The position numbers were made by a program, and so were the translations under genes. From positions 1 to 42,427 of the IMG/VR virus record IMGVR_UViG_3300037780_000085: a DNA stretch of 42,427 bases; one strand, given 5' to 3'. The notes below the pieces were generated by a model. It had not been told where the DNA came from. It did not search any database and worked only from the letters and a program-made list of their open reading frames with translations. Each line of letters starts with the position of its first letter. Positions within the stretch are counted from its first letter, which is position 1. Positions 10,234-16,559 of this stretch are shown here, in pieces. The DNA is from a virus. Lineage: Duplodnaviria > Caudoviricetes.

Positions 10234-10425
10234 TCATATCTGTACTGTTTCATAAAATTCGATTCGTGCTAACGGGCCCCAGATACGTGCTGCTTCTTGT
10301 GCTTCTTGTTTGGTATCGTATAGCACCGGTTTCGGTGATTCTATTGAGAAATCATCGCGGCGACCCGGATCGTCAAGGACCCATACGTAATCGTCTACTG
10401 CCAATGGCACTTTTATTCCATACAT
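10234..10425 (-). CDS. hypothetical protein
   Basis: AAGGAG SD; followed by a perfect hairpin at 10190-10221. Confidence 0.6.
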   Translation of the reverse strand: MYGIKVPLAVDDYVWVLDDPGRRDDFSIESPKPVLYDTKQEAQEAARIWGPLARIEFYETVQI

Positions 10426-10456
10426 AATATTCTCCTTTCAGATATACAAAATTAGA

Positions 10457-10531
10457 TGGTACCGACTCCCGTAGTCGAAACGGAATCCCCAGGGCCACAA
10501 CCTAGTGCTTTAACCATTAAGCTAAGTCGGC
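10457..10531 (-). tRNA. tRNA-His(GTG), no G-1, A73
   Basis: GCCGACT/AGTCGGT-A-CCA; anticodon arm CTAGG-TTGTGGC-CCTGG. Confidence 0.9.
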
Positions 10532-10537
10532 ATGATT

Positions 10538-10729
10538 TTATTCGAGTTTGAATCCTAGATCTTCTAGGTCTTCTCGCAACACAAAGTCATCCGGGAGAGT
10601 CACAGGCTTACCTTCTACGGCATCTTCGATCAATCTCCTGGATTCTACAAGACTCAAGTTGGTGTGGCGGTTTACTGCTTGAATAGCATCTGTAGTTTTT
10701 GCGCCGCTGCGCCATCCTATGATATACAT
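10538..10729 (-). CDS. small L7/L12-CTD-like protein
   Basis: Start MYIIGW after AAGGAG; TDAIQAVNRHTNLSLVESRRLIE resembles the bL12 CTD helix pattern. Confidence 0.55.
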   Translation of the reverse strand: MYIIGWRSGAKTTDAIQAVNRHTNLSLVESRRLIEDAVEGKPVTLPDDFVLREDLEDLGFKLE

Positions 10730-10745
10730 GTTTATCTCCTTTTGT

Positions 10746-10833
10746 TGGCACCCCCTGAGGGAATTGAACCCATTGTCTTCCATCCTGCATGTTTAAGACG
10801 ACGGTTTAGAAGACCGTTGCAGGGTCAGGAGGT
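10746..10833 (-). tRNA. non-canonical tRNA-Arg(TCT), D-arm rewired
   Basis: Acceptor ACCTCCT(GA)/(TC)AGGGGGT-G-CCA; ACGGT-CTTCTAA-ACCGT; no D hairpin, long segment after the anticodon arm. Confidence 0.75.
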
Positions 10834-10836
10834 ATT

Positions 10837-10923
10837 TGGTGAGCCGCCTGGGAATCGAACCCAGAAAGCTTTTTACGACAGATTAAGAGTCTGTTGTAGG
10901 TGACCAGTGCCCACACGCGACTC
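10837..10923 (-). tRNA. tRNA-Lys(CTT), atypical D arm and 13-nt variable region
   Basis: GAGTCGC/GCGGCTC-ACCA; ACAGA-CTCTTAA-TCTGT. Confidence 0.8.
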
Positions 10924-10937
10924 ATAGTGTAAATCTG

Positions 10938-11342
10938 TTAGTCAGCACCTACAATTTCAATATCAACACTTTCCGAATAGTATCCATTACTGTATCCATA
11001 CCATCGAATATCAACCGAACCTTTGATGGTTCTAAAACGATAGTAGGTCCATGTATAAGATTCCTCCCAATCATCAATCGGTTCTGCGTCGTTGCTAACA
11101 GCTTCTTCTGCCAGTAAGATAGGAGTTCCGACTAGGTCATCTAGGTCTCCCACAATATCTTCAATTGATACTGATTCACAACAATCTTGTCTGTGGTACA
11201 TTCTTAGGTAGTGATTATCAGTCAAATGAAAATGCAGCTCATCTCGATCAATTTCTACTATTTTTGTTAGAATTCTACCTTTAAGGTCCTCTAGACAGTG
11301 AATAGGGTCTTGAAGCCCGTTATATGTTTCATATTTGTTCAT
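10938..11342 (-). CDS. conserved phage hypothetical protein
   Basis: YHRQDCCESV and WYGYSNGYYSE motifs, which I recognise from many phage ORFs. Confidence 0.75.
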   Translation of the reverse strand: MNKYETYNGLQDPIHCLEDLKGRILTKIVEIDRDELHFHLTDNHYLRMYHRQDCCESVSIEDIVGDLDDLVGTPILLAEEAVSNDAEPIDDWEESYTWTYYRFRTIKGSVDIRWYGYSNGYYSESVDIEIVGAD

Positions 11343-11362
11343 TTGTGTTTTCCTTGCTTTAT

Positions 11363-11740
11363 TTACGGCTCTCCTAGCAGCAAACCCATCACAAAACCAA
11401 ACGCAGCGACACCGCCTGTCAAAGTTGCCCAGGCTGCTAAAAATTCACCCGGGGCCATACCCGATCCGGATAACACCAACAAAAAACAAGGTGCTGTAAT
11501 TATACCCAGCGCCCCTGCTGTTTTGATTCCTACTACAAAATTAGAGTCTCTTTGAGATTCGTTGATTTTTTCATCTTTGGCGATTGTATTGGCTCCGGCG
11601 CATCCTGTAACACCTCGGCCATGTTCTGAGTAAGGAGACAAAGTCTTTGTATCCTTGAACTCTTCATAGCGATCTTTTAGGCTCATGCCGTCGCCCCGGT
11701 TCTTTACCGAGTAAGTTTTGTTTTCATTCTCAGTCATCAT
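11363..11740 (-). CDS. membrane protein, hypothetical
   Basis: Two C-terminal TM segments; GGAG SD. Confidence 0.55.
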   Translation of the reverse strand: MMTENENKTYSVKNRGDGMSLKDRYEEFKDTKTLSPYSEHGRGVTGCAGANTIAKDEKINESQRDSNFVVGIKTAGALGIITAPCFLLVLSGSGMAPGEFLAAWATLTGGVAAFGFVMGLLLGEP

Positions 11741-11997
11741 TTCTCTCCGCTTTCATCAATCGGATAATTTGATTGATTTTTTTCTGTTTTTTCCATGAGT
11801 GTGGCAGCATCCAAAAAGATATAACGGCCAAAATTCCACACAAGGTCCCGGCGCTCAATAGAAAAAAGTCAGTCATCGTTTGGCATCAAGTCAAGATAAA
11901 CAATTACAGCAAATATCATTGCTGTAAGAAGGTACATTTCTCGAAACAACAGAGCCGTCCAAACGATGCCAATTAGAAACCAGATAGTTCTAGTCAC

Positions 11998-12246
11998 TTA
12001 TTCCTCCATGGCTTTGCTGATCACTGCCCGAACGTTTTCGGGATGAGCGACGGGGTTATCTAGAACCCACTGAGCAGCCCGCTCAATACGCTCACGACGC
12101 TCGGTCTCAGCAATTAGCGCACGGGCCATGTCGGGGGCTAGGTCTTCTAGCGGCGTGGTTTCACCGCCCATCCATGTGCCTTGGCTATCCCAAAAGGATT
12201 CATGTTCTTCTAGCGCATCTTTCACTTTCGTCAGTAGGTCGGTCAT
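11998..12246 (-). CDS. hypothetical protein
   Basis: ORF track; GGAGG SD. Confidence 0.65.
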   Translation of the reverse strand: MTDLLTKVKDALEEHESFWDSQGTWMGGETTPLEDLAPDMARALIAETERRERIERAAQWVLDNPVAHPENVRAVISKAMEE

Positions 12247-12354
12247 GATCTAGTATCCTCCTGGTCGTGGGCCTGTTCGCCCTGTGGTTGGAATAGTTGG
12301 TTGAACCGGTGCTTTGATTTTCATCGCAGTTTCTCCTGTGCGTTGTGCCACTGA

Positions 12355-12876
12355 CTATCTTTCATGCCATTGGCCCATGATGCTTTGAGCATTGCGCATG
12401 TGCTTGTATAGCAGTCCGTTTTCCGGATCGGTTTGAACCAATCTACGCTTGCCCAATGCAGTTTCGAAATTGTAGGCATTGTCGTCAAACAAGATGAAAT
12501 CCCTAACATCTGTGGCATGTGTGTCCAGATATTCTCTCACTTCGTCGCCGCGATCAAAGCCTCGGCGATGTATCGATTGTTCATCTGGGTCGGTTTTCCA
12601 AGGTGTTGCAAACGCTCCCCGGAATCCTGAATTACCAAATGCTGCACGAACCCAGTGTTCGATTTGAGTGCTTTTGACATCAATGAACTTCTTCCAGGTG
12701 CTCATTATCACAAACTCAGCAGGATAACGATCATGAATCCGATTCATGAAGTCAACAGCAACAGGATCAAACCGGTGCCACATGCCGTAGGTTGCTGCAT
12801 GTGCATAGTGAACACGGCTTGAGGTGAAAACACCGTCAATGTCTAGAAACACCAGATACTTGCGCTCGTTTTTCAT
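12355..12876 (-). CDS. HAD domain protein, Swiss-Army-knife RNA-repair type (HAD_SAK_2-like)
   Basis: FLDIDGV, STW, RGDEV..YL, ILFDD, VQTD...GL motifs. Confidence 0.8.
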   Translation of the reverse strand: MKNERKYLVFLDIDGVFTSSRVHYAHAATYGMWHRFDPVAVDFMNRIHDRYPAEFVIMSTWKKFIDVKSTQIEHWVRAAFGNSGFRGAFATPWKTDPDEQSIHRRGFDRGDEVREYLDTHATDVRDFILFDDNAYNFETALGKRRLVQTDPENGLLYKHMRNAQSIMGQWHER

Positions 12877-12974
12877 CTCAAGTTTCCTTTCTATGTCTAC
12901 TGTATACTATCTTTGCATGCAAGTCAACAGTCTAGTATCGCATTATATTTCTCTTACTACAGGAGGATTTATTT

Positions 12975-13054
12975 TGGTGCGCCTGGTAGGAGTCGAACCT
13001 ACATGTGTCCAGTTAACCTTTCTACACGTTCGTAGCGTGAGGGTATACAGACGC
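12975..13054 (-). tRNA. non-canonical tRNA-Arg(ACG), D-arm rewired
   Basis: GCGTCTG/CAGGCGC-ACCA; CACG-CTACGAA-CGTG; perfect T arm; no D hairpin. Confidence 0.75.
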
Positions 13055-13060
13055 AGATTT

Positions 13061-13135
13061 TGGTACAGCCTAAAGGATTCGAACCTTTCGCCTTCACCGT
13101 GTCGAGGTGCTGCTCTACCACTGAGCTAAGGCTGT
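13061..13135 (-). tRNA. tRNA-Val(GAC)
   Basis: ACAGCCT/AGGCTGT-ACCA; CACC-TCGACAC-GGTG. Confidence 0.85.
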
Positions 13136-13142
13136 GTGATTT

Positions 13143-13234
13143 TGGTGACCCTTGTGGGAATCGAACCCACACCACCTCTGCACAGGCTGCTGAATATAGT
13201 GCAGTCATCAGCATTCAAGGCAACCATTAGGGCC
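13143..13234 (-). ncRNA. tRNA-like RNA without a canonical D or anticodon arm (pseudoknot candidate)
   Basis: Acceptor GGCCCT/AGGGTC-ACCA and T arm GTGGG-TTCGATT-CCCAC intact; interior CTGCAC/GTGCAG hairpin with a 15-nt loop. Confidence 0.65.
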
Positions 13235-13240
13235 ATAACT

Positions 13241-13349
13241 TGGTGGAAAGGGATAGAATCGAACTACCGACGCGACACCCCTGTGCCCGCTCTACCGCGA
13301 CAAACGTCACCCTGCAGTGGTTCATAGTAAGTCTCTGAGCTACCTTTCC
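13241..13349 (-). ncRNA. tRNA-like RNA with ~38-nt D-loop insertion and 4-nt 'anticodon' loop
   Basis: GGAAAGG/CCTTTCC-ACCA; GCTC..GAGC D stem; GGCAC-AGGG-GTGTC. Confidence 0.7.
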
Positions 13350-13355
13350 AGTATT

Positions 13356-13460
13356 TGGTGGAGAGGGTTGGATTCGAACCAACGACGCGAAGAATTACCA
13401 GTTCTTCCGCTCTACCCAGACCATCTACAAGATTGGTGATCTTGCTGAGCTACCTTCTCC
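13356..13460 (-). tRNA. tRNA-Thr(GGT)-like with ~28-nt D-loop insertion
   Basis: GAAGAA-CTGGTAA-TTCTTC; T arm GTTGG-TTCGAAT-CCAAC; acceptor with a bulged A; ACCA end. Confidence 0.7.
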
Positions 13461-13466
13461 ATGTTT

Positions 13467-13541
13467 TGGTGAACCGGGGGAATTTCGAAATCCCGACACG
13501 AAGGTTAAAAGCCTCCTGCTCTGCCTCTGAGCTACCGGTCC
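13467..13541 (-). tRNA. tRNA-Lys(TTT)
   Basis: GGACCGG/CCGGTTC-ACCA; GGAGG-CTTTTAA-CCTTC. Confidence 0.88.
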
Positions 13542-13696
13542 ATCTGTGTTTGTAGAGAAATCTTGGCAGATCTGCGTTCTGCCTTGCGAGTTTTACCGTG
13601 CGCACCGGAGCGTCGAGTAGCAAGATGTGCTACAAATGGATTACGCTCTTTGCGCACTTTGGGTTTTCGTTTCATCGTCTTTTCTTTCAAATTCAT
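13532..13696 (-). CDS. small basic protein (54 aa) whose stop codon lies inside tRNA-Lys
   Basis: MNLKEKTMKRKPKVRKERNPFVAHLATRRSGAHGKTRKAERRSAKISLQTQMDR*; below the ORF-track cutoff. Confidence 0.6.
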   Translation of the reverse strand: MNLKEKTMKRKPKVRKERNPFVAHLATRRSGAHGKTRKAERRSAKISLQTQMDR

Positions 13697-13702
13697 CTCG
13701 AG

Positions 13703-13924
13703 TCAACCTACTACTGTCCAACGATGTCCATGCTCATGAACTGCAAACATATTGCAGAAGCCGTCAGGGTCATCGCCGTCTACGAATGCAATCATATTCT
13801 CGATAACAGGATCCTGGCCAGGCTCGATTGCGAGATCGCAGGTTTTGGTTTGGACGGGCTCAAACTGATTTGCACGAAGCTGCTCAAATGCCGCTTGAGG
13901 AGTGATACTGGGTCGTTTAATCAT
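13703..13924 (-). CDS. hypothetical protein
   Basis: AAAGGA SD and a TTGACA/TATAGT promoter upstream. Confidence 0.55.
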   Translation of the reverse strand: MIKRPSITPQAAFEQLRANQFEPVQTKTCDLAIEPGQDPVIENMIAFVDGDDPDGFCNMFAVHEHGHRWTVVG

Positions 13925-13992
13925 CTTGTGCTTCCTTTCGTTGCTTGCAGTGTTACTATACAGCTACAAACAATGTTGTCAACTGTTTTGTT

Positions 13993-14068
13993 TGGTGGAA
14001 CCCCGGGGACTCGAACCCCAACCTCGAGTTTTTCAGACTCGTGTGCGCACCGCTTACACCAGAGTTCC
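13993..14068 (-). tRNA. tRNA-Phe(GAA)
   Basis: GGAACTC/GGGTTCC-ACCA; CGAGT-CTGAAAA-ACTCG. Confidence 0.88.
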
Positions 14069-14076
14069 ATGTGTTT

Positions 14077-14168
14077 TGGTGAGGAGTGGAGGATTCGAAC
14101 CACTCGAGAAACCGACCGATCTTGTTTATACTCAACGGTGTTACAGACCGCCGACCGGAACACTCCCC
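14077..14168 (-). tRNA. non-canonical tRNA-Tyr(GTA), D-arm rewired
   Basis: GGGGAGT(G)/(C)ACTCCTC-ACCA; GCGGT-CTGTAAC-ACCGT; no D hairpin. Confidence 0.75.
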
Positions 14169-14783
14169 TTATTTTACTTTATATCCTTTATACCAGCCTT
14201 CTGGTATTACAGACTCTTTTTTTATTTTTTTATTTTCTTGTCCGTTTGTTATCCACATAGTTCCATATTGCGAATTTTGTTTTCCGGTCCCAGTATTTTT
14301 CTTAGCAAGGCTTATTTTTTCTTTAGATTCTGGTGTATGGTTTTTACCAGTAAATGTATCATAACGAATTTTTCCCTGTTTGTGAGCATTAGAAACTGCT
14401 TCTCTATTTTTAGCACCGGGCATAATTTTTTTTCTTTTTGCAGTTTCTGATATTTTTTTGTTAATTTCTGCGTTATGAGGAACTAAGCCGTTTTCATTAA
14501 TATATCCAAAGCCTCCGTGTCCTCCTGGACATAAATTGTAGTTTGTGCTTTCTTTAACAAAATCTTTAGTAACTAAACTAGCTTCTTTGGCATTCATATC
14601 AGATTCGTTATCGAACACAAAAAGTATCTCTTTTTTAAAATTATCTATTCCATATTTTTCAATAGCTCTCTTGAGATGTTTACCGGAACCCATATAGCCG
14701 TCATCTAAATTTTTAGTTTGATGCTTACCTATATATACTTTTTTATTGATAATGTTTGTTACTTTATAAATTGTATAGAACAT
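14169..14783 (-). mobile_element. free-standing GIY-YIG homing endonuclease (Seg-like, NUMOD3-like C-terminus)
   Basis: TIYKVTN..NKKVYIGKH..YMGSG, YNL, GKNHTPESKEKIS, GTMWITNG; AT-rich; TATAAATA upstream. Confidence 0.9.
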
Positions 14784-14839
14784 AATCTGTATTCCTAGTT
14801 TTATTGGCATTACTATTTATACAGATTATGCTCTCTATG

Positions 14840-14913
14840 TAGCCCCAACGGGTGTCGATCCCGTTTCTCCACTTTGAAAGAGTGGTATCCTAGCCAGCGT
14901 AGACGATGGGGCC
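14840..14913 (-). tRNA. tRNA-Glu(TTC), CCA not encoded
   Basis: GGCCCCA/TGGGGCT-A-CAT; CCACT-CTTTCAA-AGTGG. Confidence 0.8.
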
Positions 14914-15061
14914 ATTTTTTGACGTCGATTCGGAATTTTACCGCCGCCAGTTCAAAGCAATCAATCAGCAAATTGACTACTACCTCTACCACACTCACAC
15001 ACGATGTGGGGCGCTTTTCTGCTACTTCGTTGTCATTGCTGTAACAACGTTTCGCATATAT

Positions 15062-15137
15062 TGGTGGTTAGGGCGATGCTCGAAATCGCACTTTCATCCT
15101 TATGAGGGATGCTCTCTTCCTCTTAAGATACCTAACC
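15062..15137 (-). tRNA. tRNA-Met(CAT) (elongator Met or Ile2)
   Basis: GGTTAGG/CCTAACC-ACCA; CATCC-CTCATAA-GGATG. Confidence 0.8.
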
Positions 15138-15143
15138 GTGTTT

Positions 15144-15217
15144 TGGTTGTCCTAGGAAGAATCGAACTTCCGTCTAACGATTATCAGTCGTTTGCTCTGC
15201 CATTGAGCTATAGGACA
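15144..15217 (-). tRNA. tRNA-Ile(GAT)
   Basis: TGTCCTA/TAGGACA-ACCA; AACGA-CTGATAA-TCGTT. Confidence 0.9.
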
Positions 15218-15221
15218 ATGT

Positions 15222-15308
15222 TGGTGAACGGGGTGGGAATCGAACCCACGATGTGCTTTCGCAGCCGGATTAAAAGTCCGGACCCTTCGCCTCTCGGGTC
15301 ACCCGTCC
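15222..15308 (-). tRNA. tRNA with Lys(TTT) anticodon and long variable arm
   Basis: CCGGA-CTTTTAA-TCCGG followed by CTGCGAAAGCACATC; ACCA end. Confidence 0.8.
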
Positions 15309-15315
15309 ATATTTT

Positions 15316-15399
15316 TGGAGGTCGGTGCGTGAATCGAACACGCTACTTTACAGTGCTTCAGATTTGCAATCTGCCCCCTTACCATCCGGGCCACCGACC
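15316..15399 (-). tRNA. tRNA-Cys(GCA) with extended variable region
   Basis: GGTCGGT/ACCGACC-T-CCA (U73); CAGA-TTGCAAA-TCTG. Confidence 0.85.
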
Positions 15400-15506
15400 A
15401 ATTCTATTTTCAACTGCACTGCGGTAGGACTTGCACCTACACTTTGGCTTGCTCGCGAGCTACCCCATCAAGACCTGTTGCGGACAGTGCATGTGAAAAT
15501 AGAATT
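15400..15506 (-). ncRNA. long-stem RNA with T-arm (Y-RNA-like architecture, unassigned)
   Basis: AATTCTATTTTCA/TGAAAATAGAATT 13-bp stem, CA/GT internal loop, TGCACTG/CAGTGCA, T arm GTAGG-TGCAAGT-CCTAC. Confidence 0.6.
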
Positions 15507-15615
15507 TGTTTATCTCTCGGGTTTTTCAGCTAGTGCTTCCATCACCGAGGCCGCCCATTTGAGTTTGTTTATAGTGGTTACTCGCAGTCTCGTTCCGCAT
15601 CTCCACTTGGTTCAT

Positions 15616-15648
15616 AAAAAAACCCTCCTAAGCGTTTTGCTTGGAGGG
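15616..15648 (-). terminator. intrinsic terminator of attenuator 1
   Basis: CCCTCCAAGC-AAAAC-GCTTAGGAGGG-T7. Confidence 0.85.
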
Positions 15649-15678
15649 CGTTTAGAACGGTATATGTGTAAGTTCACA

Positions 15679-15771
15679 TCATCCGCCGCCAAACCCCTCC
15701 GAGCAGCAATAGCCACGCTCGCAGCATTTTCTAATGCTAGTAATAAACATATGTGCAATAGTTGCGTGCAT
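15679..15771 (-). CDS. putative attenuator leader peptide 1 (30 aa)
   Basis: MHATIAHMFITSIRKCCERGYCCSEGFGGG*; AAAGGA SD; 3' part complementary to the terminator 5' arm. Confidence 0.7.
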   Translation of the reverse strand: MHATIAHMFITSIRKCCERGYCCSEGFGGG

Positions 15772-15799
15772 GTCAATGTTGTCCTTTGTTTGTGCTAGT

Positions 15800-15828
15800 G
15801 TTATAGCATATGGTGTTTGGCGTGTCAA
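15800..15828 (-). promoter_or_regulatory. sigma70-type promoter of tRNA array 1 leader
   Basis: TTGACA-N17-TATAAC. Confidence 0.75.
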
Positions 15829-15906
15829 CAACTTTTTGTTGCGTCTACCGTTTTATTTATCTGTTGTCTGCAGTTATACAGTCTTTTTGGTGCTGTCAAC
15901 TGTTTT

Positions 15907-16131
15907 TTAGTACGAACCTATCCCTCGTCTTGGTTTTCTGATGTTCTCTTCGTCGTCGTATTGGTCGTGTATCCTGGCACCAAAGTCTATGATGTTGTTT
16001 TCATCGTAATTTTGTTTGGCATAGTCAAGCAGTTCTTTTTTAGTGGTGATGCCAAATTCTTTCTTTAGTTCTTTTACTTCATACTCGGTTGAGTATGTAA
16101 CGGTTGTATGTACTACAATTTTTTTGGCCAT
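15907..16131 (-). CDS. hypothetical protein
   Basis: AAGGAG SD. Confidence 0.65.
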   Translation of the reverse strand: MAKKIVVHTTVTYSTEYEVKELKKEFGITTKKELLDYAKQNYDENNIIDFGARIHDQYDDEENIRKPRRGIGSY

Positions 16132-16158
16132 TGGTCACGTCTCCTTTGACTAACCTAT

Positions 16159-16260
16159 TTATCTTCTTTTGGAACTTTTTCTTTTGATTCCTGATTTAGT
16201 AGCTCTTTTTGCAGCTTCTTTGATACGGCGTGGACCACTTGATTTTCTAGGTTTTCTCAT
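16159..16260 (-). CDS. very small K/R-rich protein (33 aa)
   Basis: MRKPRKSSGPRRIKEAAKRATKSGIKRKSSKRR*. Confidence 0.45.
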   Translation of the reverse strand: MRKPRKSSGPRRIKEAAKRATKSGIKRKSSKRR

Positions 16261-16282
16261 CTTAACCTACATGTATAAAATT

Positions 16283-16495
16283 TAGGACAGAGAGAAGAAA
16301 GCGAGTCGCAAGCCAGACAATGTGCAAGGAACAAGATGCAAATTACAACGTGCACAAGCGTCTCTTATATCCAGTCAGCAATATGCAAACCTGTAAAGGA
16401 TGTTATAGGACTGGAGCACAATGACATGCGGCATAAAGAGCCGTTTGACGGTGTAAGATCCGCTTACTCGGTGCTTGTTCTCTTTCTTTCTCCTA
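16283..16495 (-). ncRNA. candidate structured RNA with 7-nt TTGnnnn repeats
   Basis: Purine/pyrimidine closing stem TAGGAGAAAGAAAG...CTTTCTTCTCTCTGTCCTA; TTGTAAT TTGCATC TTGTTCC TTGCACA TTGTCTG. Confidence 0.5.
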
Positions 16496-16559
16496 CTCTG
16501 GTAGAGCCTTTCAATCAGATACACTGGGTATCCGTGCGGTGGCCCTACGAACCGTTGTC

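Noticed and set aside
9525-10427. 300-aa plus-strand ORF and similar long plus-strand ORFs (6393-7001, 31782-32462)
   Set aside because: Antisense shadows of well-supported minus-strand genes
13190-13215. CTGATGA hammerhead-like core in the tRNA-like RNA
   Set aside because: No GAAA after stem II and no stems I/III
14914-15060. Possible tmRNA tag frame (AGC AAT GAC AAC = SNDN) between tRNA-Met and tRNA-Glu
   Set aside because: The frame does not end in a short LAA/AA-type tag, and no tmRNA acceptor or permuted ends are recognisable
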